The notes: a model not told the origin generated them from the letters alone. A DNA stretch of 64,000 bases from Methanomicrobiales archaeon (GCA_015660865.1 JACTUA010000002.1:60548-124547), one strand, 5' to 3'. Positions 1 through 9,693 are shown, counted from the first letter of the stretch. Numbers and translations are program-made.

Positions 1-176
1 CACGTTCAAGAAAGGTACGCAGGAGATGTGAAAATGCATCACGGTCGCAACAAAAACAACACAGTGGTCCGGGGCGCGTAGGAATGGGTAAGATGTCTGG
101 CCCGGACGTATAAATCTGGGAGGGTATAAAGCAGGTATATCCACGTCTCTTCTCTTCAGTTCGAAGAAGATATTTT

Positions 177-674
177 TTATGTGGATGTGATCGGTTCCTC
201 GATCTCCTCCAGGAACTTCGCCGCATAGGCAAAGAGCCCGTCGTTCGGGTTGTAGAGGGGATAGATCTCGGAGAACGAGAAGATCGCATCAAAGATATTC
301 GTCCTTGGCAGGACGTCGGTATACTTCAGGAGATAGAGCATGGCGATGGTCGGGGAACGGGAGACCCCGGCGAGGCAGTGGATCAGGACCTTCCGGCCTT
401 CGGTCAGGTGCTTATGGGCGAAATCGAGGGCAGGACGGATGCAGCTGGTATTCACCTGGTCCATCTTCATTGCATCCTCAAATGAGAGGTAGAGCTCATT
501 CCCGCCGGGGGTAAGGATGGCATCCCTGAAAGCCAGCTTACGCGCATTCACGTACTGCCTGTGCATCTCCTTCTCTGCATGGATGATCGCCCATTCGCTT
601 CTCCCCCTGACAAGATCATTGTCGTCGAGATCCCCGATGAACAGGTTCCGGATAATCTCTTCCATACGCCCCAC
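177..674 (-). CDS. dual-specificity (Cys-based) protein phosphatase
   Basis: 165-aa ORF with the P-loop signature HCLAGVSRSPT (HCxxGxxRS/T). Confidence 0.75.
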   Translation of the reverse strand: MGRMEEIIRNLFIGDLDDNDLVRGRSEWAIIHAEKEMHRQYVNARKLAFRDAILTPGGNELYLSFEDAMKMDQVNTSCIRPALDFAHKHLTEGRKVLIHCLAGVSRSPTIAMLYLLKYTDVLPRTNIFDAIFSFSEIYPLYNPNDGLFAYAAKFLEEIEEPITST

Positions 675-726
675 TTCCCCGTGTTTACTCTCTCGTTTCA
701 GATGTGATCAACTTTGTGCCCGCCCT

Positions 727-1881
727 TCATCTCCCGAAGAACTCCGAGACCTTCCTGAGGTTCTCCCGGATCGGGAGCCCCTGGGGGCACTTCTCCTCGC
801 ACTCGCCGCAATCCTCGCAGCAAGAGGCGTATGCCGGGACCCCGTCGAAGAAACCCCCGAGGAACATGGTGTACCTCTGCTGTACCGACTCCTTCGCATC
901 ATACATGTATGCCTGGTTGTAGAGCTCGAAGCACTCGGGGATACTCACCCCGTGCGGGCAGGGTGAACAATACTTGCAGCCGGTGCAGGGGATGGCTATC
1001 CGCTTCCTGAACTCCTTCCTGACCTTCTCGAACACCGCCAGTTCCTTCCTGTCTAGGGAGCCGGGCAGGCCGTTCTCCGCGCATGCAACATTCTGGACGA
1101 CCTGGTCGAAGGTCGACATCCCCGAGAGGACGACGGTTACCTCGGGATGGTTCCAGACCCAGCGGAGTGCCCACTCCGCCGGTGTGTGTTGGGTGGACGC
1201 CTTCTGCCACAGCTCAGTGATTCCAGGGACATCCTTTGCGAGGAGGCCTCCGCGGATCGGCTCCATGACCACCATCCCGAGCCCTTTCTTTGCCGCGTAC
1301 CGGAGCCCCTTCGTCCCCGCCTGATAATCCTCGTCCATGAAGTTGTACTGGATCTGGGCGAAGGTCCAGTCATAGGCCTTCACGATCTCTTTGAAGAGCC
1401 GGGTGGTGTCATGGAACGAGAAGCCGGCATACCGTATCCTTCCATCCGCGATCGCATCGTCGAGGAATTCCAGGACCCCCAGGGATGAGAGGGTCTCCCA
1501 GAACGGCCCAATCAGCCCATGGACGAGGTAGAAATCGATCCGGTCTGTCTGGAGCTTCTTCAGCTGCTCATCCAGGTACCTGTCCATGTCCCCGCGGGAC
1601 TTGATCAGCCAGCTCGGCAGCTTGGTCGCAAGGTTCACCCGTTCGCGGTACCCGCCTTCGAGGGCTTTCCCGACCACCGTCTCGCTCTCGCCGTTGTGGT
1701 AGGGATAGGCGGTGTCGACATAGTTGACCCCGTGATCGATCGCGTACCGGATCATCCGGGTCGCCTCCGGTTCATCGACATGGCCGTCGGGAAAGACCGG
1801 GAGGCGCATGGCCCCGAAGCCGAGGATGGAGAGCTCCGGGTCAGCCTTTTTCATCTTCCTGTACAGCATGGAGGTCACCAT
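727..1881 (-). CDS. aldo/keto reductase with C-terminal 4Fe-4S ferredoxin-like domain
   Basis: 384-aa ORF. The N-terminal region is AKR-like (GFGAMRLP, YVDTAYPYHNGESE). The C-terminus carries Cys clusters CTGCKYCSPCP and CCEDCGECEEKCP. Confidence 0.8.
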   Translation of the reverse strand: MVTSMLYRKMKKADPELSILGFGAMRLPVFPDGHVDEPEATRMIRYAIDHGVNYVDTAYPYHNGESETVVGKALEGGYRERVNLATKLPSWLIKSRGDMDRYLDEQLKKLQTDRIDFYLVHGLIGPFWETLSSLGVLEFLDDAIADGRIRYAGFSFHDTTRLFKEIVKAYDWTFAQIQYNFMDEDYQAGTKGLRYAAKKGLGMVVMEPIRGGLLAKDVPGITELWQKASTQHTPAEWALRWVWNHPEVTVVLSGMSTFDQVVQNVACAENGLPGSLDRKELAVFEKVRKEFRKRIAIPCTGCKYCSPCPHGVSIPECFELYNQAYMYDAKESVQQRYTMFLGGFFDGVPAYASCCEDCGECEEKCPQGLPIRENLRKVSEFFGR

Positions 1882-2023
1882 CTCAGGTAATGTATGAGAT
1901 TCGATCTCCTATTATCCCGCGGCCATATGAATCCTCCATCCCTGGTGGAAGCGCTGATCTGATCATACGTCGTTTGCTTCTCTACGGATCCCGGGAATGG
2001 AAGGGTTCTTGAGGTGCCGGGCA

Positions 2024-2040
2024 GAGATGGTAACCATCTC
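2024..2040. promoter_or_regulatory. perfect 8-1-8 inverted repeat GAGATGGT-A-ACCATCTC upstream of rubrerythrin (candidate operator)
   Basis: Read directly from the sequence. It lies about 65 nt upstream of the rbr ATG (2105) in the divergent AKR/rbr intergenic region. Confidence 0.25.
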
Positions 2041-2104
2041 ATTTCGTCTCAGTTGAACACGCGATACGTTCACCGAACAGACAACAAACGGAGGCAGATT
2101 ACGT

Positions 2105-2677
2105 ATGGAATTCAAGGGTTCTCAGACCGAGAAGAACCTGCTGGCGGCCTTTGCCGGCGAGTCCCAGGCGAGGACACGGTACAGCTTCTTCGCGAGCGTC
2201 GCGAAAAAGGAGGGGTACGAGCAGATCTCGGGGATCTTCCAGGAGACCTCGGACAACGAGAGGGAGCATGCCCAGCTCTTCTTCAACCACCTGAAGGGGG
2301 GGCTCGTCGAGATCACCGCTTCGTACCCCGCGGGGGTCACGGGAACGACCGCCGCCAACCTGAAAGCTGCCGCCGAAGGGGAGAAGTTCGAATGGGGGAC
2401 CCTGTACCCCGGTTTCGGCCAGATGGCCGAGAAGGAAGGTTTCCCGGACGTTGCGAATACGTTCCGGCAGGTCGCAAAGGTCGAGGCGTACCATGAGAGG
2501 CGGTACATGAAGCTGCTCGCGAGCCTGGAACAGGGAAAGATCTTTGCGAAGGATGCTCCGATCAAGTGGAAGTGCAGGAACTGCGGCTATGTCCACGAGG
2601 CCGGCGAGGCACCCCTGAAATGCCCCGTCTGCGCCCATGCACGGAGCTACTTCGAGGTGTGGTGCGAGAACTACTGA
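2105..2677 (+). CDS. rbr: rubrerythrin
   Basis: 190-aa ORF with a ferritin-like diiron N-domain (EKNLLAAFAGESQARTRY, EREHAQLF). The C-terminal rubredoxin motif is CRNCGY...CPVCAH. Confidence 0.9.
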   Translation: MEFKGSQTEKNLLAAFAGESQARTRYSFFASVAKKEGYEQISGIFQETSDNEREHAQLFFNHLKGGLVEITASYPAGVTGTTAANLKAAAEGEKFEWGTLYPGFGQMAEKEGFPDVANTFRQVAKVEAYHERRYMKLLASLEQGKIFAKDAPIKWKCRNCGYVHEAGEAPLKCPVCAHARSYFEVWCENY

Positions 2678-2757
2678 ACCCGAATCTCCCATTCATTCCC
2701 GACGTCCCTGAAATGCGGTGAAGAGATAAGGAACCGTCTGAGGGGCCAGTCAGGGAT

Positions 2758-3408
2758 TCAGGCGGTTTGCTCCTTTTTCTCCCTCTTTCCCCTTACCAGG
2801 CTTGTGATACCATACGCGATCGTGATCACGGTTATCACGAGGACCAGGTCAAAGATGAAGGTCACGTAGTCCTGGATGATCTCGAAGCTCCCGACGAAGT
2901 ACCCGAGCAGCACCGTGATGGTGCACCACAGTGCTGCGCCGAGGATATTCGCGACCACGTACCGGCCGTAGTCCATCGAATCGAGGCCGGCAAAGAAGGG
3001 GGGCAGGTTGACTGCAGGGATAAAACGGCTGATCACCACGGATATGGGCCCGAACCGCTCCATCAGCGCCCGGGTCTTCTCGATATTCTTCGCATGGAGG
3101 ATATGGGGGCAGAACCTCCGGCAGACCGCCAGGTTGAGGAGCCTCCCGGACCAGTAGTTCAGGTCATACCCGACGTAGGCTCCGAGGATCGAAGCGACGA
3201 GCACCCAGAAAAGCGACACCTGGTTGTTTACGACCATCGCGCCGGCCAGGAAGAGAAGGGAATTCTCGGGGACGGGGGTGATGATGAAGACTGCGCCGAG
3301 GAGGATGACAATAAAGACGAGGAGATAAAACCAGATCCCCGAGTGAAATGACGGGCCGAAGAGTGTGGGGGCGGTATCGGGGATCAGGCCGAGTATGCCT
3401 GCGAGCAT
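2758..3408 (-). CDS. DedA/VTT-family membrane protein
   Basis: 216-aa polytopic ORF with DedA-like motifs (PVPENSLLFLAGAM, ERFGPISVVISRFIP). Confidence 0.7.
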   Translation of the reverse strand: MLAGILGLIPDTAPTLFGPSFHSGIWFYLLVFIVILLGAVFIITPVPENSLLFLAGAMVVNNQVSLFWVLVASILGAYVGYDLNYWSGRLLNLAVCRRFCPHILHAKNIEKTRALMERFGPISVVISRFIPAVNLPPFFAGLDSMDYGRYVVANILGAALWCTITVLLGYFVGSFEIIQDYVTFIFDLVLVITVITIAYGITSLVRGKREKKEQTA

Positions 3409-3505
3409 CGCAGCTCACCTATTTCTTCAGCTCTATATGAATCATCCACCTCCTGCCTCCTGCAACACCGTCCCCTTTATTTCCGTGGACGGGAAACCTC
3501 CATCC

Positions 3506-4285
3506 ATGACCATCCAGGTGATCCCCGTCCAGGGGCTTCCCCTGATCAGGAAGGGGGACGATATCCCGGCCCTCGTCTGCGACCACGTCGCCTTCCAGGA
3601 CGGGGATATCCTCGTCCTTGCCTCAACGATATACTCCAAGGCACATGGGTATACCCGGAACCTCTCCGAGATCGTCCCGTCGGAGAGGGCGGAGCGGATC
3701 GCCCGGAGGGACCACGAAGATCCCCGGTTTGTCCAGTCAGTCCTCGACGAAGCGAAGGACGTCCTCCTCGAGCACCCCTTCATCCTCTCGGAGCTCCCCT
3801 TCGGCCATATCGGGGTAAGGTCGGGTGTGGACCGGTCCAACATCGAGGACGGACAGGTCATCCTCCTCCCTCCCGATCCCATGGGAGGGGCACGGGAGCT
3901 GCGTGAGGCGATCCGCACCCGGACGGGAAAGGACGTGGGGGTCATCATCACCGACACCTGCGGGAGGGCTTTCCGCAGGGGGCAGACCGGGAACGCGATC
4001 GGGTGGGCTGGCTTCCCCGCCATCCGTGATTACCGGAACGACACCGACCTCTTCGGGCACGTCCTCCTCATCACCGAGGAGGCAGTGGTGGACGAGATAG
4101 CGGGCTTTGCAAACTTCGTCATGGGGGAGAGCCACCAGGGGATACCGGCGGCGGTCTTCCGGGGCTGCGGCCGGTGGACCGGCCATGACGACATGTACTT
4201 CAGGCCCGAGGAGGATGTTATCCGGAAGGCCATGTGCGCCTATGTGAGCGGCGGGCCCCTCCAGTCCCCGGAACCGCGGAAGTAG
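3506..4285 (+). CDS. cofE: coenzyme F420-0:L-glutamate ligase
   Basis: Sequence from MTIQVIPVQGLPLIRKGDDI onward is CofE-like (GVIITDT, GRAFRRGQTGNAIG). The ORF track starts at 3365. I chose the ATG at 3506 because the upstream 47 codons overlap the DedA gene region and look non-coding. Confidence 0.8.
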   Translation: MTIQVIPVQGLPLIRKGDDIPALVCDHVAFQDGDILVLASTIYSKAHGYTRNLSEIVPSERAERIARRDHEDPRFVQSVLDEAKDVLLEHPFILSELPFGHIGVRSGVDRSNIEDGQVILLPPDPMGGARELREAIRTRTGKDVGVIITDTCGRAFRRGQTGNAIGWAGFPAIRDYRNDTDLFGHVLLITEEAVVDEIAGFANFVMGESHQGIPAAVFRGCGRWTGHDDMYFRPEEDVIRKAMCAYVSGGPLQSPEPRK

Positions 4286-4292
4286 AGACGGC

Positions 4293-5651
4293 TCACGTCC
4301 GCCGGTCCACGAGCCGCTTCGGCCGGCCTGCGAGCCTGGAGATCTCGAGGCTCCCCGGTTCTGCGAACCGGAAGGCGAAGGTGAGGCTCCCTTCATCGTG
4401 GGCCTTCCGGAGGAACGGGTTTTTCCCTATGAATCCCCGGATGAAGCGGTCGCGGATCCCGTCCCGATCGGTCTTTGCGGGGTCCAGGACCTCCATCGAG
4501 ACCTGGAGCACCGTCTCACCTCTTCGGCCGCAGGCATAGAGGAAAGACTCGTACTCCCCCGTCAGGTACTCCATGTTCTCCCGCTGGAAGACACCCCGTT
4601 CCACGTCGATCCTGTTGAGGGAGGCCCCACCGGCCTGGAAGGTTTCTGCATCCCTGGTCGGGTTCATGATCCGCAGGTGCGTCCTCCCGCAGGCGCACCT
4701 CTCCCTCGATATGACTGCCGAGGAGTCCTCGGTATCGTAGTTGATGAGGAGCGTACCGCAGTGTTCCCTTTTGCCGATGAGGGTGGAGAGGACGATCCGG
4801 CCGCATTCCCCGTCCGGGACAAAGGACTTCAATGCCGGGTCATAGATGTCCAGGTGAACGAGGTCCTCGGGGACATGAAGGCCGGTATGCCTGTCGCACT
4901 CCCCGCACATGGTACCCTCGGTGGAGCCGTACGTGTTGTGCACGGGGCAGCCCCACAGTTCCTCCACGTACGCCCTGGACTCGGGGGCAAAGGACTCCCC
5001 TCCGGCCACGAGCCTTGCGATGCCCGACTCGGAAGGCCGGATCCCACCTGCCGAGAGGTCCCGGGCAAGGGTGAGGAGCTTGAAGACTGATCCCACGATG
5101 GCGGTAGGGTGGAACCTCTCAATGACCTGGACCGGAAACCTGCAGGTCCCCTCGGGGATGATGGTCATCCCGATCCCTCGGGCCGCAAGGGTCATGGTGT
5201 TGGCCCCTACGTTCTTCCCGTAGGTGGTGCAGATCACGACACGGTCGCCCCGTGAGAACCCCTGGGAGACGAAGGCCCGGGCATACTTCTCGGCATAGCG
5301 CTCCCAGTCCTCCCAGGTCAGGAAGAAGGCCTTCGGGGTCCCGCTCGTCCCGCTCGTCTCGTGAATGGTGAAGACCTCCTCCCAGTCAACGCTCCGGAAG
5401 AGAAAATCCGCGGTCCCGGGCGGCTGGTTCGCGCGGATGGTCTTCCCCGAGATAATGGGAAGGTTCAGGAGATCCTCGTGGTTCCTCACCGAGGCGGGAT
5501 CGATCCCATTTCCATCAAACCATGAACGGTAGAAGGGTGAGTGCTCGTAGGCGTACCGGACCGTGTATCGCACACGTTCGTCGATGACCTGATTGAGAGC
5601 GGTGCGGTCAGCGGTCTCGATGGCCTCGTTGGAATACCTGGGGGCAGGCAT
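4293..5651 (-). CDS. adenylate-forming ligase, phenylacetate-CoA ligase / coenzyme F390 synthetase family
   Basis: 452-aa ORF with the AMP-binding motif TSGTSGTPK and a PaaK/FtsA-like architecture. It is convergent with cofE across a 7-nt gap. Confidence 0.7.
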   Translation of the reverse strand: MPAPRYSNEAIETADRTALNQVIDERVRYTVRYAYEHSPFYRSWFDGNGIDPASVRNHEDLLNLPIISGKTIRANQPPGTADFLFRSVDWEEVFTIHETSGTSGTPKAFFLTWEDWERYAEKYARAFVSQGFSRGDRVVICTTYGKNVGANTMTLAARGIGMTIIPEGTCRFPVQVIERFHPTAIVGSVFKLLTLARDLSAGGIRPSESGIARLVAGGESFAPESRAYVEELWGCPVHNTYGSTEGTMCGECDRHTGLHVPEDLVHLDIYDPALKSFVPDGECGRIVLSTLIGKREHCGTLLINYDTEDSSAVISRERCACGRTHLRIMNPTRDAETFQAGGASLNRIDVERGVFQRENMEYLTGEYESFLYACGRRGETVLQVSMEVLDPAKTDRDGIRDRFIRGFIGKNPFLRKAHDEGSLTFAFRFAEPGSLEISRLAGRPKRLVDRRT

Positions 5652-5725
5652 ATTATGGAAAGTACGGGTGCAGGGTATTAAAAAGGAAACCTATCCCGGG
5701 GAAGCGAATGCCGGAGACCGAAAGA

Positions 5726-6013
5726 TTACGGGATCCGCCTCTGCACTGCCTTCCTGCTGATCACCTTTTTCCTGGCTCCGATCATGGCGAGGATGAAATA
5801 AACGACGAGGACGAAGGTGGCAAAGACGAGGAGCGGGAGCTCCAGGGTCTGGAGAACCGCGATCCCGAACGTGGCCGAACCGACGATGATGATGATGACC
5901 GCGATACCATAGAGAAGGATCTCGCTCCTGATCCCCTTCAGGGCCTCAAGGAGAACATCCCCGAATGGTGGCTGCTCCGGTTCCGTCGTATACGATCCCC
6001 CTGGCATGGTCAT
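5726..6013 (-). CDS. hypothetical small membrane protein (2 predicted TM helices)
   Basis: 95-aa ORF with two long hydrophobic stretches. No family recognised. Confidence 0.4.
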   Translation of the reverse strand: MTMPGGSYTTEPEQPPFGDVLLEALKGIRSEILLYGIAVIIIIVGSATFGIAVLQTLELPLLVFATFVLVVYFILAMIGARKKVISRKAVQRRIP

Positions 6014-6139
6014 CCCTCCCTGGCATCCTGCCCCTTCACGATCGGGCAGCCCCGGGATTGTTAAGAGGATATTGGCGTTGCTGATAAAAGAGTTATGATG
6101 CGTTCCGTGTAAATGAGGCAGGAGAGGAGAGATGTGGTC

Positions 6140-6823
6140 TTATTCCCCGCTCCCCTCGGCCTTCGCCTGCCGCTTGAAGCTCTCGCGAAGGACGATCTCC
6201 TCGATCCCGGGGTAGAACTCGAAGATCTCCTGGATAACCCGGCTCCGCCAGAGGAGCCAGCGCCGGTCGTACATGATCGCCGGCGGGAGAAGGATGGTAA
6301 CCACCCCGCCTTCCACGGTGACCTCCATGGAGCGCTGGGTGTAAAGCTGGATGAGCCCCTGGACCTGTTCCGGCTGTGACTCGATTATCCCCTCCACCTT
6401 GAACGAGTAGGTCGCGGTCTTCCCTGCGAGAGGGTGGTTGAAGTCCACAACGGCCCTTCTCCCGACGATATTCACCACCGTCCCCTCCCTGTTATCGACC
6501 TCCACCGAGGTTCCGATCTGCGGCTTCTCCTCGAACTTCGCGAAGGACACGGACTCCACGCGGGTATCGTCGTGGATCCCGAAGGCCTTCTCGGGCGGGA
6601 CCTCGACCGACCCCTCGTCTCCGGCTTCCTTCCCGACGAGTGCATCGTCGAGGCCGATCACCACATGCCGGTTCCCCACCCGGACGAGGATGGGCCCGTA
6701 CACCGCCTGGGGGTTGTGGATCCCTGCCTCTTTGGCCACCGCCTCGTCGGTGGTATCGAATACCCGCTCACCGATCTTTCCCGTGTAGCTCAGCCTGACG
6801 AACGACCCTTCCAGCACTCGCAT
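6140..6823 (-). CDS. FKBP-type peptidyl-prolyl cis-trans isomerase (long archaeal type)
   Basis: 227-aa ORF with an archaeal FKBP-like N-terminus (VRLSYTGK...VFDTT, LVGKEAGDE) and an insert/C-terminal domain. Confidence 0.7.
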   Translation of the reverse strand: MRVLEGSFVRLSYTGKIGERVFDTTDEAVAKEAGIHNPQAVYGPILVRVGNRHVVIGLDDALVGKEAGDEGSVEVPPEKAFGIHDDTRVESVSFAKFEEKPQIGTSVEVDNREGTVVNIVGRRAVVDFNHPLAGKTATYSFKVEGIIESQPEQVQGLIQLYTQRSMEVTVEGGVVTILLPPAIMYDRRWLLWRSRVIQEIFEFYPGIEEIVLRESFKRQAKAEGSGE

Positions 6824-6988
6824 TCCCTGTCACCTTGTCTTTATTAGGTCTGGAGGAGGGGATTTATATTTAACCTGCAGCAGATTGGGTAGGGTGGGGA
6901 GTATCATCGGGCGGCACGACATCCGGCCCAACGGGAACCTGACGAGAGGTATGAACGATCCTCGGGGCCCACAACGGGGTGAAGGTAA

Positions 6989-7516
6989 ATGATTGAGTAC
7001 GAGGTGAAGATCCGGGTCGGGAGCCTCCAAACCCTCCGGGCCCGCCTCGCATCCCTTGGGGTCCGGGCCGCCACGAACCTCACCGAGAAGGACACCTACT
7101 TCAATTCGCCAACCCGGGACTTCAGCAGAACCGATGAGGCCCTGAGGATCCGTTCCACGGGAGAAGGCACGAGCCTCACCTACAAGGGGCCGAAGATCGG
7201 CCTCGCGGGGGTCAAGGCCCGTGAGGAGATCATCGTCTCGGTGGACCCGAAGGAGGAGATGGAGGAGATCCTGGCAAGGCTCGGTTTCACCCGTACCGCC
7301 GTGGTCGAGAAGACCCGCGAGACCTACCGCGTGGAAGGGACCTTCGTTGCCCTCGACGAGGTGAAGGGGCTCGGCTCTTTCATGGAGATCGAGGCCCCCC
7401 GGGGGCTGGGGGAGGACGAGGCGATCGCACTCATCGGCAGGGTCAGAAGAGAACTCGGGGTGAAAGGTGAGGAGACCACCCTCTCGTACCTGGAGCTGAT
7501 CCTCGCTACACGGTGA
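6989..7516 (+). CDS. CYTH-domain protein (class IV adenylyl cyclase / triphosphate tunnel metalloenzyme)
   Basis: 175-aa ORF starting MIEYEVKIRV (ExExK signature), with CyaB-like length. Confidence 0.7.
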   Translation: MIEYEVKIRVGSLQTLRARLASLGVRAATNLTEKDTYFNSPTRDFSRTDEALRIRSTGEGTSLTYKGPKIGLAGVKAREEIIVSVDPKEEMEEILARLGFTRTAVVEKTRETYRVEGTFVALDEVKGLGSFMEIEAPRGLGEDEAIALIGRVRRELGVKGEETTLSYLELILATR

Positions 7517-8147
7517 GGAGCTCGACTTTTATATCGCGGGATTCGTCACCCAGGGTGATGAGGGCGCAGTTCCCTTCGGCAGCGGGGCCGGGGTTCACCA
7601 CGATCACCCCGCCTTCCTCCATGATCCCCTTCGCCTCGTGGATATGGGCGCAGCATACCAGGTCGAACCGTTTCAGGTGTCTCCGGATGGCTGTGCTCCC
7701 GACCCGCGCCTCCCCGACGCGGTCCAGGGTCCCGTGGGGCGGGGCATGACAGACCAGGATGTTGTGGACATTCTTCTCCATCCGTGCCATCGCTTCTGAC
7801 AGGAGGGCCTCGATCTCCTCCTCAGAGAGCTCATAGGGGGTGCCGAAGGGGGTCTTGTTGGATCCGCCGATCCCCGTGAAGGTCATCTTCCCCAGGGTCA
7901 TCGAGCTGCCGTGAAGAGAGACCGCGTTCGACTCCTCCAGGGACTTGAGTATCTCCCTGGGATCGCAGTTTCCCGGGATGGCGAAGCAGGGGACATCGAT
8001 CCGTGCAAGGAGCTCCTGGGCATCCTCGCAGGGCCCGAACTGGGTGAGGTCCCCTGAGATGATCACGATGTCGGGGTCCAGGGAGAGGAACGCGTCCATC
8101 TTGCCATACCGGCCATGGAGATCCGCGATGAGGAGGACCCTGGTCAT
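7506..8147 (-). CDS. metallophosphoesterase (calcineurin-like)
   Basis: 213-aa ORF with motifs LIADLHG, SGDLT, GNCD and CHAPP. Its start overlaps the stop of the upstream radical SAM gene (ATGA). Confidence 0.75.
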   Translation of the reverse strand: MTRVLLIADLHGRYGKMDAFLSLDPDIVIISGDLTQFGPCEDAQELLARIDVPCFAIPGNCDPREILKSLEESNAVSLHGSSMTLGKMTFTGIGGSNKTPFGTPYELSEEEIEALLSEAMARMEKNVHNILVCHAPPHGTLDRVGEARVGSTAIRRHLKRFDLVCCAHIHEAKGIMEEGGVIVVNPGPAAEGNCALITLGDESRDIKVELLTV

Positions 8148-9262
8148 AGAAGAATATCAGACGGGAGCCTAGAAAACCTTATGGCCGGGTCCTTCCAGGA
8201 GCCGGTGAGCTTTCCCTCGAGGGCCAGTCTCCCGAGGAGTTTCTCGGTGCGTGGGCTGACGCTGCGTGGGGAGGTACCTGCGAGGGGGGTTCCCGGGAGA
8301 GGGATGAAGGCATGGAGCCGGACATGGCCGGATCGGACCACCCATCGGATGAGATCCAGGGTGGCCGATTCGTCTTCCTCCGTCTCGAAAGGAAATCCCA
8401 TGATAAGGTCCACGACGGGTGTAAAACCATGATCCCTGCAGAGCTCCACCGCCCGTATCCCGTCTGCGACGGTGTGCCCGCGCCCGATCCTCTCAAGGAC
8501 CTGGTCGCTCCCTGACTGGATGCCGAAGGCGACCCGGGTATTGGCACAGAAGCGGCCGATGAGCTCGAGGGCATCGCCCGTGACGAACTCGGGGCGGACC
8601 TCGTTCGGGAAGGTGCCGAAGTAGATGTTCCCCTCGAGGCTGGCAAGGAGCTTCTCCACCTTCTCAAGCATGGGCCGCCTCCCGTCCGATCCATAGGCAA
8701 GGGCGTTGGGGGAGACAAGCCTTACGTCGCGGTAGCGATGGGCGAAGGATGAGATGGAACCCGTGGAACGGTGCCTCATCACGGAGCCGAAGATCCGGGG
8801 TGTCTGGCAGAAGGCGCACCCGAAGGGGCACCCCCGCGAGATCTCGATGTAGCCCTTCATCACGGAGAAGGGTGGGAAGGCATCCAGGAGGACCGCGTGA
8901 TCCGCGGGAAGGGCACCGTCCTTTGTGGTCACACCGGGGACGGGTCCCTCTCTCCCTTCCTCCAATTGAGCGAGGAGCCTGGGCAGGGTGAACTCCCCCT
9001 CGCCGACCACCACATAATCTGCGTACCGGGCGACCTCCCGGGGGCAGGCGGTTGCATGGGGGCCGCCGACGATGGTTATACAGGAGGCGTCCCGAATCTC
9101 ATCCCGGTAGGAGGGCTCGTTCAGGGAGTTGAGGGAGTAGCAGGTGATATCCGCCCCCGGGACGTCTGCGGGACGGAGGTTGAAACCGTAGAGGGAGCAG
9201 GCCGCGAAGAGGGCGGCATAGGAGTTCCTGGCGGCGTTAATGAGCCTCCAGTTCACCCTCAT
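8144..9262 (-). CDS. B12-binding-domain / radical SAM protein
   Basis: 372-aa ORF with the radical SAM motif RGCPFGCAFC preceded by a Rossmann-like N-domain. Confidence 0.8.
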   Translation of the reverse strand: MRVNWRLINAARNSYAALFAACSLYGFNLRPADVPGADITCYSLNSLNEPSYRDEIRDASCITIVGGPHATACPREVARYADYVVVGEGEFTLPRLLAQLEEGREGPVPGVTTKDGALPADHAVLLDAFPPFSVMKGYIEISRGCPFGCAFCQTPRIFGSVMRHRSTGSISSFAHRYRDVRLVSPNALAYGSDGRRPMLEKVEKLLASLEGNIYFGTFPNEVRPEFVTGDALELIGRFCANTRVAFGIQSGSDQVLERIGRGHTVADGIRAVELCRDHGFTPVVDLIMGFPFETEEDESATLDLIRWVVRSGHVRLHAFIPLPGTPLAGTSPRSVSPRTEKLLGRLALEGKLTGSWKDPAIRFSRLPSDILL

Positions 9263-9656
9263 ACTCGAGCTCCCCGGTATCCCCGTCCACCCTCGCCATC
9301 ACCCCGTCCCTGAGGAGGGTGAGGGCGATGCCGGGGCGGTCGATGAGAGGGATCCCCCCGATGATCGCGCCGACAACGATGATGGGTTCCGCCTCCTCGT
9401 TCACCATGCCGGCGGGCGCCTTCCCGTTCCGTGCAAGGGCATAGAGGGTATAAGAGCCGACCGTGGAGCCCTTGCCATGGGGGAAGACGAGGACCTTCCC
9501 TGCAATCCCCTTCCCGGAGAGGGGATGACTCCTCTCGGTGATCTCCCCGGTCTCGGGATCGACCCCGCCCAGGAAGGAGATGGGTTCGGAAGAGACGAGG
9601 ACCGGCCCCCGACCCGTCCCCCTGGAGAGTCCCCTCCCGTGCATGATCACCGCCAT
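9237..9656 (-). CDS. DUF126 / aconitase-X swivel-domain protein (phosphomevalonate dehydratase small-subunit-like)
   Basis: 139-aa ORF with PISFLGGVDPETGEI, GKVLVFPHGKGSTVGSY and a Gly-rich C-terminal part, typical of AcnX small subunits. It overlaps the radical SAM start by 26 nt. Confidence 0.65.
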   Translation of the reverse strand: MAVIMHGRGLSRGTGRGPVLVSSEPISFLGGVDPETGEITERSHPLSGKGIAGKVLVFPHGKGSTVGSYTLYALARNGKAPAGMVNEEAEPIIVVGAIIGGIPLIDRPGIALTLLRDGVMARVDGDTGELEYEGELEAH

Positions 9657-9693
9657 ACCAATAAATCTCTCAAATGCGTACTATATAGTAAGC

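Noticed and set aside
3365-3505. Upstream extensions of track ORFs (also 9538-9693, 49558-49731, 51291-51563, 54335-54478, 13109-13159)
   Set aside because: The extensions overlap neighbouring genes or repeat elements and lack homology-like sequence. Internal ATG/GTG codons give N-termini typical of the respective families.
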